From: Escherichia phage IMM-002
Length of the DNA: 40,060 nt
Strand: one strand, 5' to 3'
Sequence record: NC_048071.1
The notes beneath the pieces were generated by a model, which saw only the letters and a list, made by a program, of their open reading frames with translations, was not told the DNA's origin and did not search any database. Below, in pieces: positions 7,467 to 18,091 of the stretch. Both the position numbers and the translations under genes were made by a program. Each line of letters begins with the position of its first letter. The stretch's first letter is position 1.

Positions 7467-8551
7467 TGACTACTACACTCAAGACCAACCCGCATCGCGC
7501 TGTAGATTACTCTGAGTCCGGCGTTAAGAAAGCACTGGACGCAGCCGGGTCGCTGGAAGCTGAAGTGAAGTACGACGGTGTGCGTCTCAACATTCCGGTC
7601 CTTCGTGAAGGTGAGACCTACTGGCTGAGCCGTGAGTCGAAACCTCTGCCAGCCTTGGAGTGGATGAACTCTGAGTTAGGCAATGCTTGGACCCAAGCTG
7701 ACTGGCGCTGGTTCCTGCGTCAAGCTGGCTACGAAGGTGTGGGCCTGATGATTGACGGCGAGGTCATGGTCAAAGGTGTGGACTTCAACACATCCTCAGG
7801 CCTCATCAGAACGAAGTGGCTGAAGCCTAACAACGAGGCGTTCGCTGAATGTTATCCGGGCCGTGGCAAGAAGGTCCCGTTCTGGGTCGCCCGGTCCCGA
7901 CTTCAGGTTGTGGTCTACGGTGTCGTCGACATGACGACCATAGCCGACCCGAAAGCAGAAGGTCCTATCCATAGCGTCACCCGCCTGAAGGCCGAAGCTA
8001 TCGTCCCTCTCCTCCAGAAATACTTCCCGGAAATCGACTGGGTTCTGTCTGAGTCACACACGGTCTTTGACCTTGAGTCGCTCAACTCCCTGTACGAAGA
8101 GAAGCGTCTGGAAGGACACGAGGGTCTGGTAATCAAGGACCCGTTGGGTAACTACAAGCGTGGCAAGAAGTCAGGCATGTGGAAGATGAAGCCTGAGGAC
8201 ACCATCGACGGGACTGTATGTGGCCTCGTGTGGGGGACTCAGGGTAAGGCCAACGAAGGCAAGGTCATCGGCTTTGAGGTGCTGCTGGAAGATGGCATGG
8301 TGGTCAACGCCTGTGGTCTGACCGAGGAGCAGAAGGATGAGTTCACCGCCAAGGTTAAAGAGGACACTCTCGCCGCTGTGGGCATATTTGCTCCGTATGG
8401 TATTGGCGGTAACGAACCCTGCTTCGATAACCCATACGAAGGCTGGCAGGTTGAAGTCCTCTTCATGGAGCGCTTCCCGGACGGCTCCCTGCGCCACCCA
8501 AGTTTCAACCAGTGGCGTGGCACGGAAGACAATCCGACCATTAAGAGCTAA
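7466..8551 (+). CDS. 1.3: ATP-dependent DNA ligase
   Basis: 361 aa; adenylation motif EVKYDGVR, YWLSR, MIDGEVMVKGVDFNTSSGLIRTKW, EGHEGLVIKDP, KRGKKSGMWKMKPE, GSLRHPSF collinear with T7 ligase. Confidence 0.96.
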   Translation: MTTTLKTNPHRAVDYSESGVKKALDAAGSLEAEVKYDGVRLNIPVLREGETYWLSRESKPLPALEWMNSELGNAWTQADWRWFLRQAGYEGVGLMIDGEVMVKGVDFNTSSGLIRTKWLKPNNEAFAECYPGRGKKVPFWVARSRLQVVVYGVVDMTTIADPKAEGPIHSVTRLKAEAIVPLLQKYFPEIDWVLSESHTVFDLESLNSLYEEKRLEGHEGLVIKDPLGNYKRGKKSGMWKMKPEDTIDGTVCGLVWGTQGKANEGKVIGFEVLLEDGMVVNACGLTEEQKDEFTAKVKEDTLAAVGIFAPYGIGGNEPCFDNPYEGWQVEVLFMERFPDGSLRHPSFNQWRGTEDNPTIKS

Positions 8552-8562
8552 CTGAACGTCAA

Positions 8563-8597
8563 CCCAGTGGTCTTCGCGGACTGCTGGGTTTCTTTGT
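8563..8597 (+). terminator. Rho-independent terminator, early terminator TE-equivalent
   Basis: GC-rich hairpin CCCAGTGGTC-TTCGCG-GACTGCTGGG followed by TTTCTTTGTG, directly after ligase as in T7. Confidence 0.7.
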
Positions 8598-8618
8598 GTC
8601 TGGACTCCGGGCCGCTGG

Positions 8619-8641
8619 ACTTAACTATCACTGTAGGACCA
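8619..8641 (+). promoter_or_regulatory. Phage RNAP promoter
   Basis: TTAACTATCACTGTAGGACC, +1 about 8636. Confidence 0.75.
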
Positions 8642-8673
8642 CACCAGGTCCAAGACTTTAAGAGGAGAAACCT

Positions 8674-8928
8674 ATGTCTAAGAACTTAATGTTCAACCGT
8701 TTCAGTCAGACCTTCCACCTGTCACACAATCCGTTCGCTTGCATTAAGCGTAACGAGAAGGTGGGCTTCTTCGGGAAGGCCGTTAAGCTGGCACCTACGG
8801 TCTACGCTCTGATTGTTCCGAGCAAAGTAGAAGAGGCTCGCCAGAAGAAAGAGACCAGTGTACCAGTGGTCTACACCAAGTGGCCTCGCGTTCGTCTGGT
8901 GCTGGAGTTCATCAAGGAGGAGCTCTAA
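8674..8928 (+). CDS. Hypothetical protein (gp1.6 position)
   Basis: 84-aa ORF with GAGGAG RBS after promoter; assignment positional only. Confidence 0.5.
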   Translation: MSKNLMFNRFSQTFHLSHNPFACIKRNEKVGFFGKAVKLAPTVYALIVPSKVEEARQKKETSVPVVYTKWPRVRLVLEFIKEEL

Positions 8929-9305
8929 TGGCTCATTATTGTGTGGACTGTCAGAACGACCATACCGAATGCACCTGCCACCTGAAGTATCAGACACCAG
9001 CGCCAAGCTGTTCGCCAACGTACACTGGTGGGTCTGCCGATTACTACCAAGTGCCTATCACCAAGACTACGACTCCCGGTCGACCGGACTACATCGCTGA
9101 ATGCAACGACATTATCGAGGCTCTCGGTATGAACTTTGCAGAAGGCAATGCGTTCAAGGCCATCTGGCGTCGGGCTGCTCAACGGACCTTAGGTCTGCGT
9201 AAGGCTGGTGCTAAGGACGATGGACTGTATGATGCTGAGAAGGTCGAGTTCTTCGGCGCTCGTCTGGTAGCACAAAGCAAGGCGGCAGGTCATGACTCCA
9301 AGTGA
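8928..9305 (+). CDS. DUF3310-type protein (gp1.7 position)
   Basis: 125 aa from ATG 8928 (track ORF opens at 8880); PDYIAECNDIIEALGMNFAEGNAFKAIWRRA...GLYDAEKVEFF fits the DUF3310 pattern as I recall it. Confidence 0.5.
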   Translation: MAHYCVDCQNDHTECTCHLKYQTPAPSCSPTYTGGSADYYQVPITKTTTPGRPDYIAECNDIIEALGMNFAEGNAFKAIWRRAAQRTLGLRKAGAKDDGLYDAEKVEFFGARLVAQSKAAGHDSK

Positions 9306-9383
9306 ATGGTGCGAGATGATGTTTGAGAAGACGGGTAACGTCGACTATCTCGAAATGTATAACCTCTGGAAAGGGAGAGGACT

Positions 9384-9560
9384 ATGACCATCTATAAGGG
9401 CATCTTCGGGTCTCTGTACGCAGTGAACCAACACGGAGTCGTCTGCGTTAAGCCGGACGGTGGCGAGTGGTGCGCATCACATTACAGTGTCGAGGGATTC
9501 CAAGACGCTATTGATAAAGGCTATGTGACGGAGGTGGTCGATGACCAAGGAGTCAACTGA
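9384..9560 (+). CDS. Hypothetical small protein (gp1.8 position)
   Basis: 58-aa ORF, GGGAGAGG RBS, overlaps gene 2 start. Confidence 0.4.
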   Translation: MTIYKGIFGSLYAVNQHGVVCVKPDGGEWCASHYSVEGFQDAIDKGYVTEVVDDQGVN

Positions 9561-9711
9561 GAAGAAGTATATCGTGGAACTTGAAGGGCGCGTTCAGTCC
9601 TTTGACGTCCCGGTCTACGCTAAGTCTCTGGACGAGGCGACCCTGAAGGCTCAGGAATATGAAGATGCTGGTTTCGTGGTAGGCCGCATCCGACCTGAGC
9701 TGCACGACTAA
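9541..9711 (+). CDS. 2: Gp2-like inhibitor of host RNA polymerase
   Basis: 56 aa (below track cut-off); [32 protein letters not shown] matches T7 Gp2 [33 protein letters not shown]. Confidence 0.75.
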   Translation: MTKESTEKKYIVELEGRVQSFDVPVYAKSLDEATLKAQEYEDAGFVVGRIRPELHD

Positions 9712-9729
9712 ACTATCACTTTAGGAACA
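9707..9729 (+). promoter_or_regulatory. Phage RNAP promoter (phi2.5-equivalent)
   Basis: CTAAACTATCACTTTAGGAAC, +1 about 9724. Confidence 0.75.
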
Positions 9730-9756
9730 CCTTAACTTTAACTAGGAGATTTACCG

Positions 9757-10455
9757 ATGGCTAAAGAGCAACTGAAAACTTTCACCACTCCGGTCGCTGG
9801 TCTGGTCGAGCCGTATAGCTGGCTGAACAAGTCAGACACCAAGTTCAACGAGCGTGGTGAGCACAAAGTCAACCTGACGTTCGACCTGAGCGACCCGAAA
9901 GTTCGCAAGATGATTGACGTCTTGCAGAAGATTCACGACGATGCGTATGCGAAAGCACTCGCAGACCACGAGAAGAACCCCCCTCAGGTTCAGCGTGGCA
10001 AGAAGCCTATCGAACCGCGTGAAGGCGATATGCCGTGGATTGAGAACGGTGATGGTACTGTTACCCTGAAGTTCAAATGCTTTGCGTCTTACTTGAAAGA
10101 CGGCAAGTCCGAGCCTATCGTATTACGGTTCTACGACACCGATGCTAAACTCATCCGTGACGTCCCGAATATTGGCACCGGGTCTAAGCTGAAAGTCAAG
10201 TTCAAAGTCCTGCCGTTCAAGTGGAACGCTGCGACTGGTGCAAGCGTTAAGCTGCAACTCGAATCCGTTCTGCTGGTCGAACTCAAAGAGTGGTCCGGCG
10301 ATGGTACTGGTGGTGATGGTGGCTGGGGTGACGATGAAGACATCGGCTCCGGTGGCTACAAAGCGTCTACTGACGGTGACTTCGGGTCTGATGACTTCGG
10401 TGAAGATGCCGATGGTGGCGATGACTCTGCGTCCGGTGGCGACTACGACTTCTAA
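9757..10455 (+). CDS. 2.5: Single-stranded DNA-binding protein
   Basis: 232 aa; GKKPIEPREGDMPW, NGDGT, KFKCFASY, WNAATGASVKLQLESVLLVEL and acidic C-terminal tail ending DYDF, as in T7 gp2.5. Confidence 0.95.
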   Translation: MAKEQLKTFTTPVAGLVEPYSWLNKSDTKFNERGEHKVNLTFDLSDPKVRKMIDVLQKIHDDAYAKALADHEKNPPQVQRGKKPIEPREGDMPWIENGDGTVTLKFKCFASYLKDGKSEPIVLRFYDTDAKLIRDVPNIGTGSKLKVKFKVLPFKWNAATGASVKLQLESVLLVELKEWSGDGTGGDGGWGDDEDIGSGGYKASTDGDFGSDDFGEDADGGDDSASGGDYDF

Positions 10456-10457
10456 TC

Positions 10458-10910
10458 GTGGCTGCATGGACACCAAAACGGGGGCACTCTGTGGGTGCCT
10501 ACCGCTCTGGACTTGAGGCCAAGAACCAGCAGTGGCTGGAACAGAACGGCGTCAAAGCGGAGTACGAAAGCCATTATATCAACTATGTGATTCCGGCTTC
10601 CGACCACAAGTATACACCAGACTTCATCCTTCCGAATGGCATCATCGTCGAGACCAAAGGTATCTTCGACAGTGAGGACCGCAAGAAGCATATGCTGGTG
10701 CGCGAGCAGCACCCTGAGCTGGACATCCGGTTCGTGTTCTCGTCCTCCCGCTCCAAGCTGTACAAAGGGTCGCCGACCACGTATGGCGCATGGTGCGAAA
10801 AGAACGGCTTTAAGTTTGCCGACAAGTTTATCCCGGTTGAGTGGCTGAAAGAGGCGACTGTACGTCTGCCTTCCGGTATACTCATCCCGAAGAAAGGAGC
10901 TAAGAAATGA
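10458..10910 (+). CDS. 3: Endonuclease I (Holliday-junction resolvase)
   Basis: 150 aa, GTG start; YRSGLE, YTPDFILPNGIIVETKG, DRKKHMLVREQHPELDIRFVFSSSRSKLYKGSPTTYG, KFADK collinear with T7 gp3. Confidence 0.95.
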   Translation: MAAWTPKRGHSVGAYRSGLEAKNQQWLEQNGVKAEYESHYINYVIPASDHKYTPDFILPNGIIVETKGIFDSEDRKKHMLVREQHPELDIRFVFSSSRSKLYKGSPTTYGAWCEKNGFKFADKFIPVEWLKEATVRLPSGILIPKKGAKK

Positions 10911-11356
10911 CTAAGCATTTAACGTGTGTTGATTTACCATTTGGTGCTCAGTACAAATTCCACCCTGACGTCATTGAGGCGCACCCAGGACTGAGCACTG
11001 ACACGTATGAGCGTCGGGATAATCACTCGGTTGTTGTAACGGGTCCATTCAAGGGGAACACTGTACAATGGTACGGACATGAGAAGACTCGCATTGTCGA
11101 AGTTGGAAAACCTCAAGTCCTGCCAGCCTCAAGCGTACCGCCTGTGACAGTGAAACGTGAAGTCCTGACCATCGACAAGATTGGTGTGGGTCAGACGTTC
11201 ATCGTTCACGGTAAGCCTGACGAAGTGTACGTGAAGATTAGCAACTCGCACGTCTTCAACCATAAGCGTCTCCAGATGCACACGACTGTAGCAGAGCGCT
11301 TCCAGTCACACCTGAATCTGGTCGTTGTTGAGCTGGTGGTGTACAATGGCAAGTAA
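10907..11356 (+). CDS. Hypothetical protein inserted between endonuclease I and lysozyme
   Basis: 149-aa ORF, ATGA coupling, AAAGGAG RBS; AT-rich codons at 5' end; no T7 counterpart at this position. Confidence 0.55.
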   Translation: MTKHLTCVDLPFGAQYKFHPDVIEAHPGLSTDTYERRDNHSVVVTGPFKGNTVQWYGHEKTRIVEVGKPQVLPASSVPPVTVKREVLTIDKIGVGQTFIVHGKPDEVYVKISNSHVFNHKRLQMHTTVAERFQSHLNLVVVELVVYNGK

Positions 11357-11804
11357 GGTACAGTTCAAACCACGTACAGTCACTGACGCAATCTTCGTCC
11401 ACTGTAGTGCTACACAACCGTCTCAGGACATCGGGGTAGACACTATCCGCATGTGGCACAAGCAGCAGGGCTGGCTTGACGTAGGCTATCACTTCGTCAT
11501 CAAACGCGATGGCACCGTGGAGTCTGGACGTCCGGTCGATGTCGTAGGGTCACACGTTAAGGATTGGAACTCCCGGTCCGTAGGCGTCTGCCTTGTAGGT
11601 GGAATCGACGCTAAGGGCAAGTTTGAAGCTAACTTCACTCCTGCTCAGATGAGCGCCCTACGCAACAAGCTGGCTGAACTGAAGGTCCTGTACCCTCAGG
11701 CAGACATCAAGGCCCATCACGATGTGGCACCAAAGGCTTGCCCAAGTTTCGACTTGCAGCGCTGGCTGAACACTAACGAAATGGTCACTTCCGACCGAGG
11801 CTAA
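11346..11804 (+). CDS. 3.5: N-acetylmuramoyl-L-alanine amidase (T7 lysozyme type)
   Basis: 152 aa from ATG 11346; VQFKPR, DAIFVHCSAT, WLDVGYHFVIKRDGTVESGR, VGVCLVGGID, KGKFEANFTPAQM, HHDVAPKACPSFDL, VTSDRG nearly identical to T7 gp3.5. Confidence 0.96.
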   Translation: MASKVQFKPRTVTDAIFVHCSATQPSQDIGVDTIRMWHKQQGWLDVGYHFVIKRDGTVESGRPVDVVGSHVKDWNSRSVGVCLVGGIDAKGKFEANFTPAQMSALRNKLAELKVLYPQADIKAHHDVAPKACPSFDLQRWLNTNEMVTSDRG

Positions 11805-11818
11805 CAAGGAGTAATAAC

Positions 11819-12031
11819 ATGATTAAGTTTATCGAATTTCTGGGTCGTCTGGTTGTGCGTGGTTATTCTCGTGCTGCGAGTGTGGAACGAAAAGTCGCAT
11901 CTGCTGCGGCTAAAGGTGCGGAAGCGGCTGCTGCGGAAGCGGATAGTCTGCGCATCAAGTCTCTGGACGCTGGCCTCCGTGCGCGTGGTCTGGACAAGAA
12001 GGCCGAGCAACTGAAAGGCTTCTTCAGCTAA
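11819..12031 (+). CDS. Hypothetical Ala-rich protein
   Basis: 70-aa ORF with AAGGAG RBS. Confidence 0.5.
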   Translation: MIKFIEFLGRLVVRGYSRAASVERKVASAAAKGAEAAAAEADSLRIKSLDAGLRARGLDKKAEQLKGFFS

Positions 12032-12049
12032 ACTATCACCTTAGGGATG
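12027..12049 (+). promoter_or_regulatory. Phage RNAP promoter
   Basis: TAAACTATCACCTTAGGGATG, +1 about 12044. Confidence 0.7.
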
Positions 12050-12096
12050 AGACCATGAGTCTTGTCCCTTTGTTCGCACTATTGATTAAGGAGTGA

Positions 12097-13803
<1,707 letters not shown>

Positions 13804-13854
13804 ATGTCAATGCCCTGAGTGCGACTGGAAGTCACCATATGGAGGACACCATTA

Positions 13855-14019
13855 GTGTTTAAGAAACTTAAAGCCCGATACCACACGTTCATGTACAAGT
13901 GGTGGAACGAGGAGGCCAACTGTCTGTCCCGAATCCTTGGAGACCAGCGGTTTGACTCTAAGGCGTGGAAGCGAGCGAACCAGAAGTTCATGTATCACTT
14001 CCTGCGTATCGACTACTAA
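13855..14019 (+). CDS. Hypothetical small protein (gene 4.x position)
   Basis: GTG 13855 with GGAGGA 9 nt upstream (track ORF opens at GTG 13819); 54 aa. Confidence 0.35.
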   Translation: MFKKLKARYHTFMYKWWNEEANCLSRILGDQRFDSKAWKRANQKFMYHFLRIDY

Positions 14020-14037
14020 GCTATCACTGTAGGATAG
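14015..14037 (+). promoter_or_regulatory. Phage RNAP promoter (phi4.7-equivalent)
   Basis: CTAAGCTATCACTGTAGGATAG, +1 about 14032. Confidence 0.7.
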
Positions 14038-14076
14038 ACTCAAGGTCATTCACTTCGAGTGGCCTTTATGATTAGA
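14035..14076 (+). promoter_or_regulatory. Conserved stem-loop, candidate RNase III site (R4.7-equivalent)
   Basis: TAGACTCAAGGTCAT-TCACTTCGAGTGG-CCTTTATGATTAG; lower stem GGUCAU/AUGAUU, upper stem CACU/AGUG around a UCG loop. Confidence 0.5.
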
Positions 14077-14090
14077 CTATAGGAGACATT

Positions 14091-16262
14091 ATGATTGACT
14101 TGCAGAACATCTGGGGTTCGGACATCGAGACCAACGGTCTTCTTGATGCCGTGTCTCAGTTCCACTGTGGGGTCCTGATTAACGCCGAGTCGAATGAGAC
14201 CCTGAAGTATGGGGTAGCTCCGATGGTAGGTATCGTCGGTGGCTTCAAAGAGTATGTGCAGAAGGTCGAAGAGATTGCAGCCACACCGCATGGGCTTCTG
14301 GTCTTCCACAACGGGATTAACTATGACGTCCCGGCTATTGACATTCTGAAGCGTAAGTATTTCGGTAAACGTTTCAACTTCCCGAAACAGAAGATGATTG
14401 ACACGCTGGTCATGGGCCGACTGATGTACCCGAACATTAAATTCTCGGACATCGGGGCTGTGAAAGCTGGTCGTCTCCCACCTAAGATGATGGGCCGACA
14501 GTCGCTTGAAGCGTGGGGCTATCGTCTCGGTGAGATGAAGGGTGAGTACAAGACCGATTACATTGCCAAGTGCAGGACAGAAGGCATCGAATATAAGGCT
14601 GGCGACGAGTGGCTATTCCCGAGTCAAGAGATGCTGGACTATAACGTCCAAGACGTTGTGGTTACTCTGGCCCTGTTCAAGAAGTTCCTGACCGATAAGT
14701 TCTACTTCGGGACACCTGAAGCTGGACTTGAAGCAGTGTATGCGTTACGTCTGGAACATGACGCTGCGTGGACCTGCGCGAAGATGGAGCGTAACGGCTA
14801 CCCGATGAACTCGGAGATAGTCGAAGGCTTGTATCGCGAGCTGTCTATCAAACGTGCTGAGCTTTTGGATAAGCTGCGGTCGACTTTCGGTAGCTGGTAT
14901 TCACCGAAGGGTGGCAAGGAGTTCTTCAGGCACCCTCGCTCTGGTGTGGACCTGCCGAAGTACCCACGAGTCATCTACCCTAAGGTCGGGTCCATATTCA
15001 AGAAGCCGAAGAACAAAGCACAGCGCTTAGGTCTGGAGCCCTGCGAACGAGACTCCCGCGATACTATGGAGGGCGCACCGTTCACACCGATTAGCTTCGT
15101 TGAGTTTAATCCGGGAAGTGGCGACCACTTGGCTAAGGTTCTTATGGACCGAGGCTGGGAGCCGACTGAGTTCACGGAGACCGGGAAGCCAAAGTGTGAT
15201 GACGAGGTGCTGGAGAACGTACATCTGGCAGACCCTGAGGCTCAGGCTTGCGTAGAGCTGGTCCGTGAGTATCTGGTGGTCCAGAAGCGTATCGGTCAGG
15301 CCGCTGAAGGTAAGAACGCATGGCTTCGACTGGTGGGCCCTGACGGAAGGATGCACGGGTCGATTAACCCTTGTGGTGCTGTAACTGGACGCGCGACTCA
15401 TAGTTCACCGAACATGGCTCAAGTCCCGGCTAACGGTGCTCCTTGGGGTGAAATCTGCCGTAGTGCTTTCGGTGCTCAGTGGAACCAGAATGCTGGTAAG
15501 CCAGACCCTTGGATTCAAGTTGGGGTCGATGCCTCAGGTCTTGAACTCCGCTGTCTGGGGAACCGAGCGTCTCCGTTCGATGGTGGCGAATATGCGAAGA
15601 CCGTGGTCGAAGGTGACATCCACTGGGCCAATGCGGTCAACGCCGGGTTAGCTCCTAACGTACCACGCGATAAGTCCAGCCACGACCACGATGCTTTCCG
15701 TAACAACGCTAAGACGTTCATCTATGCGTTCCTGTATGGTGCAGGGGCCGCGAAGATTGGACTGATTGTGGGCGGTGGTAAGAAGGAAGGCGCGGCCCTG
15801 ATGAAGAAATTCATTGAGGGTACACCAGCTATCAAGGACCTGCGAGAGGCGGTGCAAAACACGCTCATCTCCGAGTCCAAGTGGGTAGACGGTGAGAACA
15901 TCGTGAAGTGGAAACGCCGCTGGCTTAAGGGTCTGGACGGTCGACGCATTCACATACGGTCGCCACACTCAGCACTCAACGCCCTACTTCAGGGTGACGG
16001 TGCGGTGGTCTGTAAGCACTGGATTGTTGAGACCGAGCGTATGCTCGAAGAGGCCGGGTATGTCCACGGATGGGAAGGGGACTTTGCGTACATGGCATGG
16101 GTACACGACGAATTGCAGATTGCGGCTCGGACCGTGGAGATTGCAGAAGATATACGTAGGATTGCTCAACTTGCTATGCGTAAGGTGGGTGAGTTCTATA
16201 ACTTTAAATGCGTCCTTGATACCGAAGGTAAGATTGGACCAACGTGGAAGGAGTGTCACTAG
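14091..16262 (+). CDS. 5: DNA polymerase (family A) with 3'-5' exonuclease domain
   Basis: 723 aa; DIETNGLL, FHNGINYDVPA, EAWGYRLGEMKGEYK, DYNVQDVV, NPCGAVTGRATHSSPN, DASGLELRC, KTFIYAFLYGAG, YMAWVHDELQ collinear with T7 gp5. Confidence 0.97.
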   Translation: MIDLQNIWGSDIETNGLLDAVSQFHCGVLINAESNETLKYGVAPMVGIVGGFKEYVQKVEEIAATPHGLLVFHNGINYDVPAIDILKRKYFGKRFNFPKQKMIDTLVMGRLMYPNIKFSDIGAVKAGRLPPKMMGRQSLEAWGYRLGEMKGEYKTDYIAKCRTEGIEYKAGDEWLFPSQEMLDYNVQDVVVTLALFKKFLTDKFYFGTPEAGLEAVYALRLEHDAAWTCAKMERNGYPMNSEIVEGLYRELSIKRAELLDKLRSTFGSWYSPKGGKEFFRHPRSGVDLPKYPRVIYPKVGSIFKKPKNKAQRLGLEPCERDSRDTMEGAPFTPISFVEFNPGSGDHLAKVLMDRGWEPTEFTETGKPKCDDEVLENVHLADPEAQACVELVREYLVVQKRIGQAAEGKNAWLRLVGPDGRMHGSINPCGAVTGRATHSSPNMAQVPANGAPWGEICRSAFGAQWNQNAGKPDPWIQVGVDASGLELRCLGNRASPFDGGEYAKTVVEGDIHWANAVNAGLAPNVPRDKSSHDHDAFRNNAKTFIYAFLYGAGAAKIGLIVGGGKKEGAALMKKFIEGTPAIKDLREAVQNTLISESKWVDGENIVKWKRRWLKGLDGRRIHIRSPHSALNALLQGDGAVVCKHWIVETERMLEEAGYVHGWEGDFAYMAWVHDELQIAARTVEIAEDIRRIAQLAMRKVGEFYNFKCVLDTEGKIGPTWKECH

Positions 16263-16546
16263 TGGCTATTACTAAACGTATTCGTGTGAGTTTTGACCTT
16301 AAGCTGGTTGTGTGTTCCAAGGGCGAGGAAATCTCCTGCCGCAACTTAGCGAAGCTGTCCAAGATGTTCACTGAGGGTGAGAAGCTGGATGGCATCCAGT
16401 TGGCCCTGATTAAGGAAGCAGCAGAGTCTGGACCGGAAGCAGCCCTTGAGCTGGCCTTTAAGAAGTCCATCAAGGAGTCAGTCGTCGAGGCGTTAGACGA
16501 TGAGCCCTTCACTGCTTCAAACTTCCGCTTCGAGGTTAAACGATGA
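16262..16546 (+). CDS. 5.5: gp5.5-like protein (T7 gp5.5 binds H-NS)
   Basis: GTG 16262 after AAGGAG; N-terminus AITKRIRVSFDL matches T7 gp5.5 MAMTKRFKVSFDV. Confidence 0.65.
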   Translation: MAITKRIRVSFDLKLVVCSKGEEISCRNLAKLSKMFTEGEKLDGIQLALIKEAAESGPEAALELAFKKSIKESVVEALDDEPFTASNFRFEVKR

Positions 16547-16752
16547 GCGAATACCTGCGGGTCCTTGCGGCCCTCAAGTCCTGCCCGAAGACCTTTCAGT
16601 CCAACTATGTGCGCAACAACGCTGCACTAGTGGCTGAGGCTGCGAGTCGTGGACATCTGAGCTGCCTGTCTATGGACGGGCGTAACAACGGTGCGTGGGA
16701 GATTACCGCTGCTGGCACCAAGTTCCTGAACCAACATGGAGGCTGTCTATGA
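16543..16752 (+). CDS. 5.7: gp5.7-like protein
   Basis: 69 aa; LKSCPKTFQSNYVRNNAALVAEAASRGHLSCL and GAWEITAAGTKFL nearly identical to T7 gp5.7. Confidence 0.85.
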   Translation: MSEYLRVLAALKSCPKTFQSNYVRNNAALVAEAASRGHLSCLSMDGRNNGAWEITAAGTKFLNQHGGCL

Positions 16753-17024
16753 GTCAACAACCTTTGGACTTTCTGGGTCAACCTATCGAAGTTGGCGACA
16801 AGTTCGTCTACGCTGAGGCTGGTGGACGTGGCGGCACAATGGCGCTGCACTCAGGTGTCGTTACCCGCATGACTGAGAAGCAGGTGCTGGTGGAGAAGAC
16901 CCGCTGGGGCCAGACTTGGCGTCCGTTCAACTGCATCGTCATTGTCGAGAAGTGTGGACCAGACGAAGAACCTCTTCTGGGTGCAACCTTAGCTATGGCT
17001 AGAGGAGGTCTCCGGGATGAGTGA
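16749..17024 (+). CDS. Hypothetical protein at the gene 5.9 position
   Basis: 91 aa from ATG 16749 (ATGA coupling, GGAGG RBS); not acidic, no similarity to T7 gp5.9 as recalled. Confidence 0.5.
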   Translation: MSQQPLDFLGQPIEVGDKFVYAEAGGRGGTMALHSGVVTRMTEKQVLVEKTRWGQTWRPFNCIVIVEKCGPDEEPLLGATLAMARGGLRDE

Positions 17025-17883
17025 CAAGAAGATTGCTCTGGTGCTGGATGGTGACTTTCTTGTCTTCTCCTCTATGGCTGCGGCTGAAGACGAGACTGAC
17101 TGGGGCGACGACATCTGGACGCTAATCTGCGACCACGAGAAAGCTAAGCGCATCCTGATGAACACTATCAGTGAAATCGTTAAGAAGCGTAAGGCTTGGA
17201 AGGACGCTAAGATTGTGATGTGCTTCACCGATGATGTGAACTGGCGCAAGTCAATCCTGCCGACCTATAAGGCCAACCGTAAGGGTTCCCGTAAGCCTGT
17301 AGGCTACAAGAAGTTTGTGGCTGACATCATGGCGGACCCTCAGTTCAACAGCTTCCTGCGTTCCACGCTGGAGGGTGATGATTGTATGGGTATCATCGGG
17401 ACACGACCTCAGATTGTAGGTTGCGACCATGCGGTGCTGGTGTCCTGCGATAAGGACTTCAAGACCATCCCGAACTGTGAGTTCTACTGGCTGACCACTG
17501 GTGAAATCCTGAGTCACACGACTGCTGAGGCAGACTACTGGCATATGGAGCAGACCATCAAGGGTGACATGACGGATGGCTATGGTGGTATTCCGGGCTA
17601 CGGAGAGGACACGACCCGTGCGTTCCTTGACGAACCGTACTACTTCGTGCAGGAGACCCGCGAGCTGAAGACTGGCAAGAACAAAGGCCAGCTCAAGGTC
17701 GAGTGGAAGAAATACCCTAAGCGTGAAGACCAAACGTTGTGGGACTGCATGGTGACTCTGGCTGCTAAAGCCGGGATGACCGAGGAGGAACTTCTGGTCC
17801 AAGCTCAGGTCGCTCGCATCTGCCGAGCCTCCGACTACGACCCTAAGTCCAAGGAGGTCATCTTGTGGACACCTTACATCTAA
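17017..17883 (+). CDS. 6: 5'-3' exonuclease
   Basis: 288 aa; LVLDGDFLVF, CFTDDVNWRKSILPTYKANRK, KPVGY, CDKDFKTIPNC, TIKGDMTDGYGGIPG, LWDCM...AKAGMTEEE match T7 gp6. Confidence 0.95.
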   Translation: MSDKKIALVLDGDFLVFSSMAAAEDETDWGDDIWTLICDHEKAKRILMNTISEIVKKRKAWKDAKIVMCFTDDVNWRKSILPTYKANRKGSRKPVGYKKFVADIMADPQFNSFLRSTLEGDDCMGIIGTRPQIVGCDHAVLVSCDKDFKTIPNCEFYWLTTGEILSHTTAEADYWHMEQTIKGDMTDGYGGIPGYGEDTTRAFLDEPYYFVQETRELKTGKNKGQLKVEWKKYPKREDQTLWDCMVTLAAKAGMTEEELLVQAQVARICRASDYDPKSKEVILWTPYI

Positions 17884-18006
17884 TCTACTGGGCCGGACTT
17901 CTGGCCCTTTACGCGATGTACGCAATCAGTGGGTCTAACCGACCGAAGCACTGAGTCTAACCGATAGTCATAACCTATCGTTCTACTGGCCATCTATAGG
18001 TGAAAC

Positions 18007-18029
18007 ACTAAACTATCACTATAGGGACT
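18007..18029 (+). promoter_or_regulatory. Phage RNAP promoter (phi6.5-equivalent)
   Basis: CTAAACTATCACTATAGGGAC, +1 about 18024. Confidence 0.85.
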
Positions 18030-18091
18030 TTAGGACCTAAGTTATGACTATAAGATAGACTTAAGTTAATACTTTAAGAGGAGACTTTAAG

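Noticed and set aside
17884-18006. Small ORFs and hairpins between exonuclease and the 18007 promoter (gene 6.3 position)
   Set aside because: Candidate ORFs are only about 11 codons with no RBS; hairpins (GGGCC...GGCCC, CGATAG...CTATCG) noted but function unsupported
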